The notes: a model not told the origin generated them from the letters alone. DNA of 64,000 nucleotides from Flavobacteriales bacterium (GCA_044346705.1 JBIIYP010000003.1:37714-101713), one strand, 5' to 3'; shown: positions 1-9,997, counted from the first letter of the stretch. Program-made: numbers and translations.

Positions 1-786
1 CACCAAGGGCACCTTCTCCATCGGGATCTCCACGCCAAGATCACCGCGGGCTACCATGAGCGCATCGCTCTCGCGAATGATGTCATCGATGTCCAAAAGG
101 GCCTCGGGCTTCTCGATCTTGGCCACCACGCGGGCATGCTTGTCCTGCGAGCGGATGATGCCCTTGAGCTCGATGATGTCACGGGCGTTGCGTACGAAGC
201 TCAGGCCGATCCAATCCACGTTCTGTTCCAGGGCGAAGTCCAGGTCCTTCAGGTCCTTTTCCGTAAGGCACGGCAGGCTCACTTTCGTGTTGGGCAGGTT
301 GAGGCCCTTGTTCGCGCTCAGTGGCCCACCGTTGATCACGCGGGTGGTGACCCTGGTCTTGCCGTCGGTGGAGATCACCTCCAGCCGGATCTTACCATCA
401 TCCAGCAGGGCATACTCTCCCTTCTTCACATCCTGTGGGAACTGGGCATACGTGGTGCTGACCAGCCCCGGGCGCCCTTTTACGGGCTCGGTGGTGATGA
501 CCAGCTCGCTTCCGTCCACCAGCTCGATCGGACCGTTCTCCATTTCGCCCACACGGAGCTTGGGGCCTTGCAGGTCGGCAAGGATGGCCGTGTTGATGCC
601 CAATTCCTCGTTGAGCTTGCGGATGTTGGCGACGAGCTCCGTATAGAACGCATAGGAGCCGTGGCTGAAGTTGAGGCGTGCCACGTCCATGCCATTGCGC
701 ATGAGTTCGCGAAGCACGTCGATGGAGGAGCTTGCCGGGCCGATGGTGGCCACGATCTTGGTCTTGGGGTCGGTCATCAGGTTCAT
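1..786 (-). CDS. pyk: Pyruvate kinase, 5' part (runs off the window)
   Basis: Manual reverse-strand translation from ATG at 786 gives MNLMTDPKTKIVATIGPAS...RLNFSHG...ILADLQGPKLRVG...KGLNLP...KIEKPEA...MVARGDLGVE. The start overlaps the upstream stop (ATGA). Confidence 0.96.
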   Translation of the reverse strand, partial: MNLMTDPKTKIVATIGPASSSIDVLRELMRNGMDVARLNFSHGSYAFYTELVANIRKLNEELGINTAILADLQGPKLRVGEMENGPIELVDGSELVITTEPVKGRPGLVSTTYAQFPQDVKKGEYALLDDGKIRLEVISTDGKTRVTTRVINGGPLSANKGLNLPNTKVSLPCLTEKDLKDLDFALEQNVDWIGLSFVRNARDIIELKGIIRSQDKHARVVAKIEKPEALLDIDDIIRESDALMVARGDLGVEIPMEKVPLV

Positions 787-1196
787 TGGAGCAGTTTATG
801 ACCGGCGCGCAGGGCCTGGATCTCCAGCGGGTAGGCAGCGAGCACGAATTCGCTCTCCCGCACCTGCTGCAGCAGCTCGGCGGAGGCGATGGGTGCGGCG
901 CGATCCACCAACAGGAAGAAATCGGACTGGCGATGTTCCTTCAGCAGGATGGCATCTTCACCATGGTTGTTCACCAGTGTGTAGCGCGCATTGGAATCCA
1001 CATCCAGGTGGTCGAAAGCGGCGAAATGGGCCGTGGTCCGGGGGCCGGGCTCCACGATGTCCTGCTGCCGCCGGACCAGGTTGATGCCCAGTTGGCGGTT
1101 GAGGGACCAGCACAGCCGATAATCGTTCACGTGGCTGCTGATGCCCACAAGCATGATCTCAGGGTCTAGGGGTTCATCCAATCGGTACTTGGCCAC
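783..1196 (-). CDS. IPExxxVDY-family conserved Bacteroidota protein
   Basis: 137 aa with a GISSHVNDYRLCWSLN motif, in the usual position between rnc and pyk. Confidence 0.75.
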   Translation of the reverse strand: MAKYRLDEPLDPEIMLVGISSHVNDYRLCWSLNRQLGINLVRRQQDIVEPGPRTTAHFAAFDHLDVDSNARYTLVNNHGEDAILLKEHRQSDFFLLVDRAAPIASAELLQQVRESEFVLAAYPLEIQALRAGHKLLQ

Positions 1197-1221
1197 TGGT
1201 CCTTGTTGCGGTCGGTCCCGT

Positions 1222-1229
1222 CAAAGGTA
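1222..1229 (-). promoter_or_regulatory. Bacteroidota primary-sigma -7 element (TACCTTTG)
   Basis: Exact TAnnTTTG match about 25 bp upstream of the start at 1196. Confidence 0.6.
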
Positions 1230-1295
1230 GGTCGGTGCAGGCCGGCAATGTCGCACCTGGGGGAAGAGCACATGAAGACACCATGAACACGTCCC

Positions 1296-2198
1296 TCAGC
1301 CCTGGTCCGGGGTCGCCTCCGGGCGGTCGCGGTGGGGGCGCGAACGGCGCGCCTGTCCTTCCGGCCGTGGCATACGCTCTCCTTCCGGTCTTGACGGGCG
1401 ATCTTGCGCTGATCCCCGCTGATCCTCCGCTCGGCGCCCCTCGCGGGGCTTGTCGCGGCGCACGCCTTCCGGTTTGCCACCCTCGCGGTGCCGCATGCTG
1501 CGGAAGGCCGCTTGCGCTGCGTCCTGTTCGGCTTTCTTCTTGCTCTGACCACGGCCGGTGCCACACACCGCGCCCTCGACCTTCACTTCGCAGAGGTAGA
1601 CCTTGCCACGCCCGCCGCGTCCGCTCTCCTCACTGATGTGGAACTCCACCTTGCGTCGCTTTTTCTGGCCCCATTCCAGCAGGCGGCTCTTGCTGTCGCG
1701 GTCCTCCTGCTCAATGGTCTTGAGGTCGAAGTGCTGCTTGAGCAACCCGACCACGGCCTTGCGGGTCTTGTCGAATCCTTTGTCGAGGAACAGTGCCCCG
1801 ATCACGGCTTCCAAGGCATTGCCCGGCACGCTGGTCTCCTGGTTGCGGCCCAACTTGCTTTCCACCACGCGTTCGATCTCCACCTTGTGGGCGAGGATGT
1901 TCAGCTGGTGGCGGCTCACGAGCATGCTGCGCATGCGCGTCAGGAACCCTTCGCCCTGATCGGGATACGTATTGAAGAGGAGCTCTCCGATCACCGCGTC
2001 GAGGATCGCATCGCCGAGGAACTCCAGGCGCTCGTTGTTGGGCAGGCCGGGAGCCTCGTCGGCATTGGCGCTGCTGTGGCGCAGGGCCTGGCGGTAGAGG
2101 GGCAGGTTGCGCGGCGTGATCCCGAAGGTCTTGCGGCACCAGGCACGAATGCGGCGCTCCTCGGCATTGGCAGCGCGGCTGAACAGTCGGGAGAACAA
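1296..2198 (-). CDS. rnc: Ribonuclease III with charged C-terminal extension
   Basis: NERLEFLGDAIL signature, NALEAVIGALFLD, and a dsRBD ending SKKKAEQDAA. Confidence 0.96.
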   Translation of the reverse strand: MFSRLFSRAANAEERRIRAWCRKTFGITPRNLPLYRQALRHSSANADEAPGLPNNERLEFLGDAILDAVIGELLFNTYPDQGEGFLTRMRSMLVSRHQLNILAHKVEIERVVESKLGRNQETSVPGNALEAVIGALFLDKGFDKTRKAVVGLLKQHFDLKTIEQEDRDSKSRLLEWGQKKRRKVEFHISEESGRGGRGKVYLCEVKVEGAVCGTGRGQSKKKAEQDAAQAAFRSMRHREGGKPEGVRRDKPREGRRAEDQRGSAQDRPSRPEGERMPRPEGQARRSRPHRDRPEATPDQG

Positions 2199-2203
2199 GG
2201 CGA

Positions 2204-3454
2204 TTACCGGTACTTGCGGAAGATCACCGCGGTGTTGTGGCCGCCGAACCCGAACGTGTTGCTCATGGCGGCGTTCACCGTGCGGTTCTGCGCGGTGTTG
2301 AACGTGAAGTTCAACTTCGGGTCGATCTCGGGGTCGTCCGTGAAATGATTGATGGTGGGGGGCACGGTATCCGTGTAAACCGCCATGATCGCAGCGAGTC
2401 CTTCCACCGCTCCGGCACCACCCAACAGGTGTCCGGTCATGCTCTTGGTGGCGCTGATGTTCAGCTTGAACGCATGCTCCCCGAACAGGCGTTGGATGGC
2501 TTTCACTTCCTGCGGATCACCGATGGGCGTGCTGGTGCCGTGGGTGTTGATGTAGTCGATGTCACCGGGAGCGAGCCCCGCATCGGCCATGGCGTACTTC
2601 ATGCACAGCTCGGCACCCAGCCCTTCCGGATGCGGTGCCGTGATGTGGTAGGCATCACTGCTCATGCCCCCTCCGATCACCTCCGCATAGATCTTGGCCC
2701 CACGCGCCAGTGCGTGCTCAAGGTCCTCCAGAATGATGGCGCCTCCACCCTCACCGAGCACGAACCCGTCCCGGTCTTTGTCGTAAGGGCGGCTGGCGGT
2801 AGACGGGTCGTCGTTGCGGGTGCTCATGGCATGCAGGGCGTTGAACCCGCCCACGCCGGCCTCGTAAATGGCCGCCTCACTACCGCCGGTCACCACGGCG
2901 GGGCAGATGCCGAGCCGGATGTTGTTGAAGGCGTCGATCAACGCGTTATTGCTGCTGGCACAGGCGCTGGCCGTCACATAGCTGGGACCCCTCAGCGTGT
3001 GCTTCATGCTGATCAACCCGGCCGCGCTGTCGGCGATCATCTTCGGAATGAAGAAGGGGTTGAACCGGGGGGTGCCATCGCCCCTACCGAAGTTGATGCA
3101 CTCGTCCTGGAAGGTCTTCAGCCCTCCGATACCGCTTCCCCAGATGACCCCGATGCGGTCCTTGTCGACCGTGCCGTCCAAGAGCCCGCTGTGCCGTATG
3201 GCCTCATCCGAGCAGACCAGCGCGAATTGGGCATAAGGGTCCGTTTTGCGGGCCTCCTTACGGTCCATGAAGTCCTCCGGGTTGAACCCCTTCACCTCAC
3301 AGGCGAACTGCGTCTTGAACTTGGACGCGTCGAACCGGGTGATGGGCGCAGCGCCACTACGGCCGCTCACCAGGGCCTCCCAATATTCAGGGAGGGTGTT
3401 CCCCAAGGGGGTGAGCGCGCCCAGACCGGTGACGACCACACGTCTGAGCTGCAT
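2204..3454 (-). CDS. fabF: 3-oxoacyl-ACP synthase II
   Basis: RRVVVTGLG, TASACAS (catalytic Cys), HGTST, KSMTGHLLG and SNTFGFGGHN. Confidence 0.98.
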   Translation of the reverse strand: MQLRRVVVTGLGALTPLGNTLPEYWEALVSGRSGAAPITRFDASKFKTQFACEVKGFNPEDFMDRKEARKTDPYAQFALVCSDEAIRHSGLLDGTVDKDRIGVIWGSGIGGLKTFQDECINFGRGDGTPRFNPFFIPKMIADSAAGLISMKHTLRGPSYVTASACASSNNALIDAFNNIRLGICPAVVTGGSEAAIYEAGVGGFNALHAMSTRNDDPSTASRPYDKDRDGFVLGEGGGAIILEDLEHALARGAKIYAEVIGGGMSSDAYHITAPHPEGLGAELCMKYAMADAGLAPGDIDYINTHGTSTPIGDPQEVKAIQRLFGEHAFKLNISATKSMTGHLLGGAGAVEGLAAIMAVYTDTVPPTINHFTDDPEIDPKLNFTFNTAQNRTVNAAMSNTFGFGGHNTAVIFRKYR

Positions 3455-3466
3455 GAGGGGGCCTCT

Positions 3467-3703
3467 TTACTTCGCGTTCTTCTCGACGTAATCAACAGCC
3501 TGACCCACGGTCTGGATCTTTTCGGCCTGATCGTCGGGAATGGCGATGTTGAACTCCTTCTCGAACTCCATGATGAGCTCGACAGTATCGAGGCTGTCAG
3601 CGCCAAGGTCGTTGGTGAAGCTCGCTTCTGGCGTGACCTCACCTTGGTCAACACCAAGCTTGTCCACGATGATCGCGATGACCCTTGACTTGATATCCGA
3701 CAT
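3467..3703 (-). CDS. acpP: Acyl carrier protein
   Basis: 78 aa acidic protein with [14 protein letters not shown]. Confidence 0.98.
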   Translation of the reverse strand: MSDIKSRVIAIIVDKLGVDQGEVTPEASFTNDLGADSLDTVELIMEFEKEFNIAIPDDQAEKIQTVGQAVDYVEKNAK

Positions 3704-3768
3704 GTCCGTTCGTTTTTAGATGAGGCTGCAAAGGAAGCACATTTTCGATATGCCGCACTTCCTCCCGA

Positions 3769-4420
3769 TCACGGGTAATGCAAAAGCGTGTTTTCCAGGG
3801 TTTTCCGGTGGATGTCCGGCACCTCATAGGGCTGGGCGGCGTAACCGACCGGCCGCAGCAGAAAGGGCCGCTCGTTCTCCGGCGGCTCCAGCAGGCGGCT
3901 CAGGACGTTCATCGGGCCGAGGTTCTGGATGGCCGCCAGCAAGAGGCCACGGGCCAGGCCATCGCTTTCCTCCACGCGCTGGTTCTTCCGTTCCCCCCCC
4001 GGCCATCACCTCATAGGCCCGTTCGAAGACCACCACCAGGTAAGGGGCGATCCCCGGAAAGGACTTTCGCCAGACCGGCCCCAGTGGCGCCAGGTCCTTC
4101 CGCCGACCGGGAGGCATTCGTCCATTGTAGCTCTCGAACTCCTCCTGTTCCGCTGCCTCGCAGATGCGCCGTTCCAGGTCAGGCCCGCTCTCCAGGCAAC
4201 AGGTCCAGGGCTGATTGTGCGCACCGCTGGGCACCGTGCCGGAGGTGCGGACCAGCTCCTGCATCAGCTCCGGGGGTACTGGTCGGTCGCTGAACTGGCA
4301 CACCCTTCGCCGCCGGTCCATCATCGCGCCGAACGCTGCGGCGCGCTGCAGCATGACAGGCTCATCGCAGTGGTCCGGGTGATAAGCCACCGCGGGAAAG
4401 GCATCGTTCAGGCCTTCAAC
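3769..4420 (-). pseudogene. Decayed nitroreductase / iodotyrosine deiodinase-like gene
   Basis: RRRVCQFSDRPVP...TVPSGAHNQPW...APYLVVVF lies in one frame, and ESDGLARGLLLAAIQN...ENERPFLLRPVGY...VPDIHRK in another. The frame changes at a G8 run (3993-4000). The 5' boundary is approximate. Confidence 0.8.
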
Positions 4421-5594
4421 GATGGGGCCTCGCTGAGGCGCAGACGTCGCGGTACACGGCAAGGGTCTCCCGGGCCATGCGGTCCCAACCGAATCGCACA
4501 CGATTGCTGCGGCCCGTCTTCACCAACGCCTCGCGTTCGGTGCTTCGCGTGATGAGCGCGAATAGCACTTGCGCTATGGCCGCCGGGTCCTCTCGGTCCA
4601 CGTACCGCGCGCCCTGGCCCCCCACCTCCCGAAGCACCGGAAGATCGGAGCAGACCACCGGGATGTCCATGGCCTGCGCCTCCACCACCGGCAGGCCGAA
4701 GCCCTCGTAACGCGTGAGGAACAGGAAGATGTCCGCACCGCGATAGATGTCGGATACGGTGTTGGCCATGCCGTAGGGGCGGATCTCCACCGCCCCCTTC
4801 AGCGCCCCCTGTGCGATCCGTTCCTGCAACGCGTTGAAGTACGTGTGGTCGTTGTTGAACCCATGCATCACCAGCCTGACCCGGCCTTGCAACTCAGGAT
4901 GCTGTGTGAGCAGGAGGTCAACGGCCTCCACGGCCTGGCGCTGGCCTTTGTAGGGCATGAATTTCGCCACGTACAGGATGGTGAGGGGGCCCTCTGTGGG
5001 CGGAGCCCCCTCCAACGCCTTCGGAAGGTCGACGCCATTGTGGATGGCGATGATCATGGCCGTACTGTGCGGGGATCGTCGCTTCGCTTCATCGCGGATG
5101 GCTTCACTGACGGTGATCACTGCGCGGCTCTTGCGGAAACAGACCCCGGAGATCCAGCTGAAGTAACGCCCCGCCAAGCCCAACGGCAGGCCCTCCTGCT
5201 CGTGCATGAACTCATTGTAGAAGTCGTGCACCGTGGTGATCCGTCGCGCAGGCAGCAGGAACGGCGTTTCGGTGGCCAGCTTGTGCAGTGCCGTTGCCCG
5301 GTGCACCAAGCAAAGCACCGGCAGAGCGATGTGGATCCAGAGAAGGCGCAGGACCGTGCTTCCTCCAAGATCAGGACAGCGATGCAAGTGGATCCGCTCC
5401 AGGTCCTTGAAAAAGGGTTCCTGGTCCGGATTGATGAGGCAATGCAACTCCAGCGCGCCATGGTCCAGCCGGTCCAGTTCGCGGACCAGATGCAGCGCGT
5501 GGGTCCAGATGCCGCTGCCGGAGCCGCCTTTGCCCGGGCGTATGGGCACCAGGTCGATGAGCATGCGGGGCGTGCTCATCGCTCGTCCGGCCAT
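4416..5594 (-). CDS. Glycosyltransferase family 4 (GT-B)
   Basis: TTVHD, TVSE and YEGFGLPVVEAQA...PVVCSD motifs. Confidence 0.92.
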   Translation of the reverse strand: MAGRAMSTPRMLIDLVPIRPGKGGSGSGIWTHALHLVRELDRLDHGALELHCLINPDQEPFFKDLERIHLHRCPDLGGSTVLRLLWIHIALPVLCLVHRATALHKLATETPFLLPARRITTVHDFYNEFMHEQEGLPLGLAGRYFSWISGVCFRKSRAVITVSEAIRDEAKRRSPHSTAMIIAIHNGVDLPKALEGAPPTEGPLTILYVAKFMPYKGQRQAVEAVDLLLTQHPELQGRVRLVMHGFNNDHTYFNALQERIAQGALKGAVEIRPYGMANTVSDIYRGADIFLFLTRYEGFGLPVVEAQAMDIPVVCSDLPVLREVGGQGARYVDREDPAAIAQVLFALITRSTEREALVKTGRSNRVRFGWDRMARETLAVYRDVCASARPHR

Positions 5595-6454
5595 TTCACG
5601 GACACATTGTCCACGTGATACGGGCGCCGGGGCGCCGTGGCATCTCCCTCATACAGGGCATAGTCGACAGCGGCGTGGCGGTATGCTCCGTGCAGGAATT
5701 TCTCGGCGATGCGCAAGCCGTTGAGCGGTGTGCGCAGCGCCTTGGCCCAGGCGGGCGCTTCATTTCGGAGCTGCACCGCCTCCCGCTGTGCTCCTTCGGT
5801 CCAGCTCAGGTTTCCGCCGGTGAAGGTGAACGCGGATAAGAGCCTAGGCGTCGTCGCGGTGCGCACCCTTTTCTTCAACGCGCGCAGCACCAGGTCATGG
5901 TCGCCCAAGTTCCGGAACCGCGTATCGAACCGCAGATCACCCTGCCAGATCCGGCGGCGGAAGAACATGGCGCAGCTCAAGTTGTACAGGTGCGAGGTGG
6001 CGATGTAGGCGTACCGCGCAGGGTAGGGCTTCCGCGCGGCGAGCAAGCTGTTGTCCGGGCGCACCAGGAGCGCTCCGCCGAACAGGATGTCCAGCTTCGG
6101 GTCGGCCGCGAACACGCTGCGCACGTGGGCCAGGGTCCCCTCCAAGTACTGTTCATCGCAGTTCAGCCAGGCCACCACCTCGCCGCTCGCCGTATCGAAA
6201 CCCTTGTTGAGCGCATCGTACATGCCCGAATCCTTGCCGCTGAAATAGCGCAACGAGGAACCCGGCAACGCCTGTGTTCGTTGGGGTTCCGCGCGTTGGG
6301 CAAGCGACGCGAGCCATTCCGGCGTACCATCGCTGCTGCCGCCGTCGGCCACAATGTGCTCCACCTCCACCCCCTGCTGGTCGGCCACGGAGGCGCGGCA
6401 GCGCTTCAGGTAGGGAAGCATGTTGTAGCTGGGGGTGATGATGGAGATCTGCAT
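5576..6454 (-). CDS. Glycosyltransferase family 2
   Basis: ISIITPSYN, DGGSSDGT, GMYDALNKG and WLNCDE. Confidence 0.93.
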   Translation of the reverse strand: MQISIITPSYNMLPYLKRCRASVADQQGVEVEHIVADGGSSDGTPEWLASLAQRAEPQRTQALPGSSLRYFSGKDSGMYDALNKGFDTASGEVVAWLNCDEQYLEGTLAHVRSVFAADPKLDILFGGALLVRPDNSLLAARKPYPARYAYIATSHLYNLSCAMFFRRRIWQGDLRFDTRFRNLGDHDLVLRALKKRVRTATTPRLLSAFTFTGGNLSWTEGAQREAVQLRNEAPAWAKALRTPLNGLRIAEKFLHGAYRHAAVDYALYEGDATAPRRPYHVDNVSVKWPDER

Positions 6455-6648
6455 GTGCGCGGTCCCTGCGTACGGGGAATGATGAAGCGCCTTCTACGGT
6501 GCTGCGAAGAAAGCGGATGCCTTTCCAACACGCACAGGGCTCCTTCACGTTCTACCAACGGTCCACGGTCGATGACGGTGCCGATCCGATGACGCGCCTT
6601 TTCGCACCTTCGTGCCTCGCCCGCACCTTTCGCTTCGGCGAACAACGC

Positions 6649-7224
6649 ATGATCCGCATCGCCGTTCTCGCCTCCGGTTCCGGGAGCAACGCCCAACGCC
6701 TGATCGGGCATTTCGCGCGGCACGCGAAGGCGCGTGTGGTGCTGGTGGGCTGCGACCAACCTGAGTCCGGTGTGCTGCAACGTGCGTGGGACCTGGGCGT
6801 TCCGAGCTACCTGTTCAACGGAGCACAGTTGAAGGATGGCACCGTATTGAAGGAGCTACAAGGCCAGCGCATCGACCTCGTGGTGCTGGCCGGCTTCATG
6901 CGCCTGATCCCGGCGGAACTGGTCAAGGCCTTTCCGCAACGCATCGTCAACATCCACCCGGCCTTGCTGCCGAAGTACGGCGGCAAAGGAATGTACGGTC
7001 ACCGCGTGCATGAGGCGGTGCTCGCAGCGAAGGAAACGGAGAGCGGCATCACCATCCATTACGTGAACGAGCACTACGACGAAGGCGAACACCTCTTCCA
7101 GGTGGCATGCCCCGTGCTTCCCAACGACACGCCCGATACCTTGGCGGCACGCATCCATGCGCTGGAGCATGTGCATTATCCGCAGGTGGTGGAGAACTTG
7201 GTCAATTCAATGCAACACCCATGA
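6649..7224 (+). CDS. purN: Phosphoribosylglycinamide formyltransferase
   Basis: MIRIAVLASGSGSNA, VLAGFMR, NIHPALLPKYGG and SGITIHYVNEHYDEG. Start set at ATG 6649. Confidence 0.97.
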   Translation: MIRIAVLASGSGSNAQRLIGHFARHAKARVVLVGCDQPESGVLQRAWDLGVPSYLFNGAQLKDGTVLKELQGQRIDLVVLAGFMRLIPAELVKAFPQRIVNIHPALLPKYGGKGMYGHRVHEAVLAAKETESGITIHYVNEHYDEGEHLFQVACPVLPNDTPDTLAARIHALEHVHYPQVVENLVNSMQHP

Positions 7225-7290
7225 GTAGCGAGTGACGAGTGGCGAGTGTATGCACGACTCGCCACTCGTCACTCACCACTCGCCACTCAC
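7223..7290. repeat. Inverted array of 7-bp repeats (GAGTnnn / nnnACTC) forming a long hairpin
   Basis: GAGTAGC-GAGTGAC-GAGTGGC-GAGT, a 9-nt loop, then ACTCGCC-ACTCGTC-ACTCACC-ACTCGCC-ACTCAC. Confidence 0.9.
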
Positions 7291-7294
7291 AGCC

Positions 7295-7909
7295 ATGGAG
7301 CTAGACATCGCCCAGATCGGGAAAGCCTTCCTCGTGCTCTTTGCGGTGATCGACATCGTGGGAGGCATCCCGCTGATCCTGCAGGTGCGGCAGAAGGCGG
7401 GCAAGATCTACCCGGCCCGCGCCACGCTGGTGAGCCTGGCCATCATGGTCACCTTCCTGTTCCTGGGGGAGACGATCCTGAAGTTCCTTGGGCTGGACGT
7501 GAACTCCTTCGCGGTGGCCGGTTCACTGGTCCTCTTCTTCATCGCGCTGGAGATGATCCTCGGCGTGAAGCTCTTCAAGGAGGACACCTCCGCACCGGGC
7601 CTGCCCACCGGCGTGGACGACCACAAGGTGTACAGCATCGTGCCGCTGGCCTTCCCGGTGATCGCGGGTGCCGGCACCATCACCACCATCCTCTCGTTGC
7701 GCGCGGAGATCGACCGCGCCAACATCCTGGTGGCCATCCTGCTGAACATGGTGGTGGTGGTGGTGGTGCTCTTGCTCACCAACCGCATCGAACGCCTGCT
7801 GGGGCGTGTGGGCCTGATCGTGCTGCGCAAGGCTTTCGGCATCATCCTGCTTGCCATCAGTGTGAAGCTCTTCGCGGGGAACATCACGTACCTGTTCCCG
7901 CACGGGTGA
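7295..7909 (+). CDS. MarC-family membrane protein
   Basis: LFAVIDIVGGIP, SFAVAG, IVPLAFPVIAGAG and FGIILLAISV; about six hydrophobic segments. Confidence 0.93.
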   Translation: MELDIAQIGKAFLVLFAVIDIVGGIPLILQVRQKAGKIYPARATLVSLAIMVTFLFLGETILKFLGLDVNSFAVAGSLVLFFIALEMILGVKLFKEDTSAPGLPTGVDDHKVYSIVPLAFPVIAGAGTITTILSLRAEIDRANILVAILLNMVVVVVVLLLTNRIERLLGRVGLIVLRKAFGIILLAISVKLFAGNITYLFPHG

Positions 7910-8259
7910 TGAACCAATACGACCGGGTTACGGTTTTCCCCGTCTGGCTGCAGAACACACTTGCAGCGCTCGCCATTCTCTTCGTGGTCTTCATGACCTA
8001 CGCCATGGTCGAAGAGTACATTTTGCTTGCCTCGACCGAAGGAGATGCAGGCTATCCGTTCGGGTGCGAGGAGGCCGGCCCCGGCTACGCCACCAAGGAG
8101 ATCTACCTGGCGCGTAGTCGGTGGCACATCGCGATCGGTGCAACACTAAGCCTGGCCATGCTTTACGCCCTCTGGCGCAAGCGCATGACCCTGTTATGGG
8201 CGCTCACCTTGCTTACGCTATTCGGAGCACTTTTCCTCTTTCTGCAAGCGACCACATAA
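7909..8259 (+). CDS. Hypothetical small membrane protein
   Basis: The ATG overlaps the MarC stop; 116 aa with three hydrophobic stretches. Confidence 0.6.
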   Translation: MNQYDRVTVFPVWLQNTLAALAILFVVFMTYAMVEEYILLASTEGDAGYPFGCEEAGPGYATKEIYLARSRWHIAIGATLSLAMLYALWRKRMTLLWALTLLTLFGALFLFLQATT

Positions 8260-8290
8260 AAGTCAGCGACGGCACCGAACAGGGCATCGC

Positions 8291-8896
8291 TCAAAACTCC
8301 GCCTGCAAATACAAGTCATCCATGTTCACGTAGTACCAATCCGCTTCCGGCCACGATAGGCGCAGCTCCTCGGCATACCGCACCATGCGCTTGCTCTGCC
8401 GGCCCAGGAACCGCGTCCAAACGAGCACCACTGCCGGTCGCCCGGGCTGCCGCACGATCTCGCCGGTTCCCGGCAACGGCTTCCACCACTGGATATCCCT
8501 ACTGAAGTACACCGCACTGTCATGCGGAACAGCAGAGGAGGGCGGAAAGCGCTCGGTCCAACCGCTACGCTTCCATTTCAGGTTCGGAAAGCCACCGACA
8601 TGGCAGTTCGCCAGAATGGCCTGAAGCGTGTCGGAGGGGTCGTAGACACGGATCTGTGCGGGCTGGAAAAGTGCTTGGGAGAGCCTGTCCTCGCCGACCC
8701 GCTGGCTGAACAGGGAGGTGTCCATCCGGAACAGCATGTCGGACGTGATCCCGTACCGCCGGGCCTGCTTCACCATGTCCTGTTCGCTCTGGACCTTGGG
8801 CTTGTGCATGCCCATCATGCCGAGCATCATGCTGGTGCATCCGGTCAAGGGCAAAAGCAGCACCAGCGCAAAGGCGGTTGAGGTGAAGTGTCGCAT
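8291..8896 (-). CDS. Hypothetical lipoprotein
   Basis: Signal peptide with lipobox ([20 protein letters not shown]); 201 aa. Confidence 0.7.
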   Translation of the reverse strand: MRHFTSTAFALVLLLPLTGCTSMMLGMMGMHKPKVQSEQDMVKQARRYGITSDMLFRMDTSLFSQRVGEDRLSQALFQPAQIRVYDPSDTLQAILANCHVGGFPNLKWKRSGWTERFPPSSAVPHDSAVYFSRDIQWWKPLPGTGEIVRQPGRPAVVLVWTRFLGRQSKRMVRYAEELRLSWPEADWYYVNMDDLYLQAEF

Positions 8897-8905
8897 CTTT
8901 CAGCC

Positions 8906-9382
8906 GTGAAAATTACTGCATACACCGATGGTGCCGCCAGCGGCAATCCCGGCCCCGGGGGCTACGGCGTGGTGCTCGAGGCCGGTCCGCACCGCAAGGA
9001 GCTCTGGGGCGGATACCGCCGCACCACCAACAACCGCATGGAGCTGCTCGCCGCCATCGTGGCCCTGGAATCGCTCAAGAGCCCGGGGCAGGACATCACC
9101 ATCGTGAGCGACAGCAAGTACGTGGTGGACAGCGTGGAGAAAGGCTGGGTGTTCACGTGGGAGAAGACCGGCTTCAAAAAGAAGAAGAACCCCGACCTCT
9201 GGCAGCGCTTCCTGAAGATCTACCGCCAGCACCGCGTCCATTTCCGCTGGATCCGCGGGCATAGCGGGCACCCCCAGAACGAGCTCTGCGACCGCCTGGC
9301 CGTGGCCGCGCGCGAGCAGAAGGACCTGGCTGTGGACGAGGTGTACGAGCAGCTGGGGGAGGGGGATGGGGTGTTCGAGTGA
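8906..9382 (+). CDS. rnhA: Ribonuclease HI
   Basis: [35 protein letters not shown] and [21 protein letters not shown] start at 8906. Confidence 0.96.
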   Translation: MKITAYTDGAASGNPGPGGYGVVLEAGPHRKELWGGYRRTTNNRMELLAAIVALESLKSPGQDITIVSDSKYVVDSVEKGWVFTWEKTGFKKKKNPDLWQRFLKIYRQHRVHFRWIRGHSGHPQNELCDRLAVAAREQKDLAVDEVYEQLGEGDGVFE

Positions 9383-9457
9383 ACGCCGCCAGACCGGACA
9401 TGGCGTTCGCAGCGCCGCAGCGATGAACCTGCCTGCTTCTCGGTAATTTCACGCCCC

Positions 9458-9967
9458 ATGGCCAAGCTGTACACCACCATCAACGCCGGCGCCGAACCGT
9501 TGGCCTTGGAGCGCACCTCCCCTTCCGCCCCGTGGACACTTCGCGGCGGCGCGAAACCGGATCTGGTGAGGACCGGGCCCGGCCAGTACAGCCTGATGCA
9601 CCAAGGGCGCAGCTTCCGTGTGCTGGTACTGAAGGAGGACCGTGAGACCAACACGGTGCGTATGCGGATCGGTGCGCACACCTACACGGTGCAGATCCAG
9701 GACGAGCAGAGCCGTCTGATGAACACGCTGGGCCTCGACAAGATCAAGGGCGCGGCGGTGAAGGAGATCAAAGCCCCCATGCCCGGCCTGGTACTGAAAC
9801 TGCTGGTGAAAGAAGGTGACACAGTGAAGAAGAACGACCCCGTGCTGATCCTGGAGGCCATGAAAATGGAGAACGTGATCAAGAGCCCCGGTGACGCCAC
9901 CGTGAGCAAGATCCACGCGCAGGAGAAGACCGCCGTGGAAAAGGGTCAGTTGCTGGTGAGCTTCTGA
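9458..9967 (+). CDS. Biotin carboxyl carrier protein of an acyl-CoA carboxylase
   Basis: APMPGLV...LEAMKMEN biotinylation motif. Confidence 0.92.
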   Translation: MAKLYTTINAGAEPLALERTSPSAPWTLRGGAKPDLVRTGPGQYSLMHQGRSFRVLVLKEDRETNTVRMRIGAHTYTVQIQDEQSRLMNTLGLDKIKGAAVKEIKAPMPGLVLKLLVKEGDTVKKNDPVLILEAMKMENVIKSPGDATVSKIHAQEKTAVEKGQLLVSF

Positions 9968-9997
9968 GGGGCTCTCTTCTCTGCCGAAGTGGGGCGT

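Noticed and set aside
7223-7290. Possible CRISPR-like array
   Set aside because: The units are 7 bp with no unique spacers, and there are no cas genes.
7751-7768. (GTG)6 tract in the MarC gene
   Set aside because: It encodes an in-frame poly-Val TM segment; there is no sign of phase variation.
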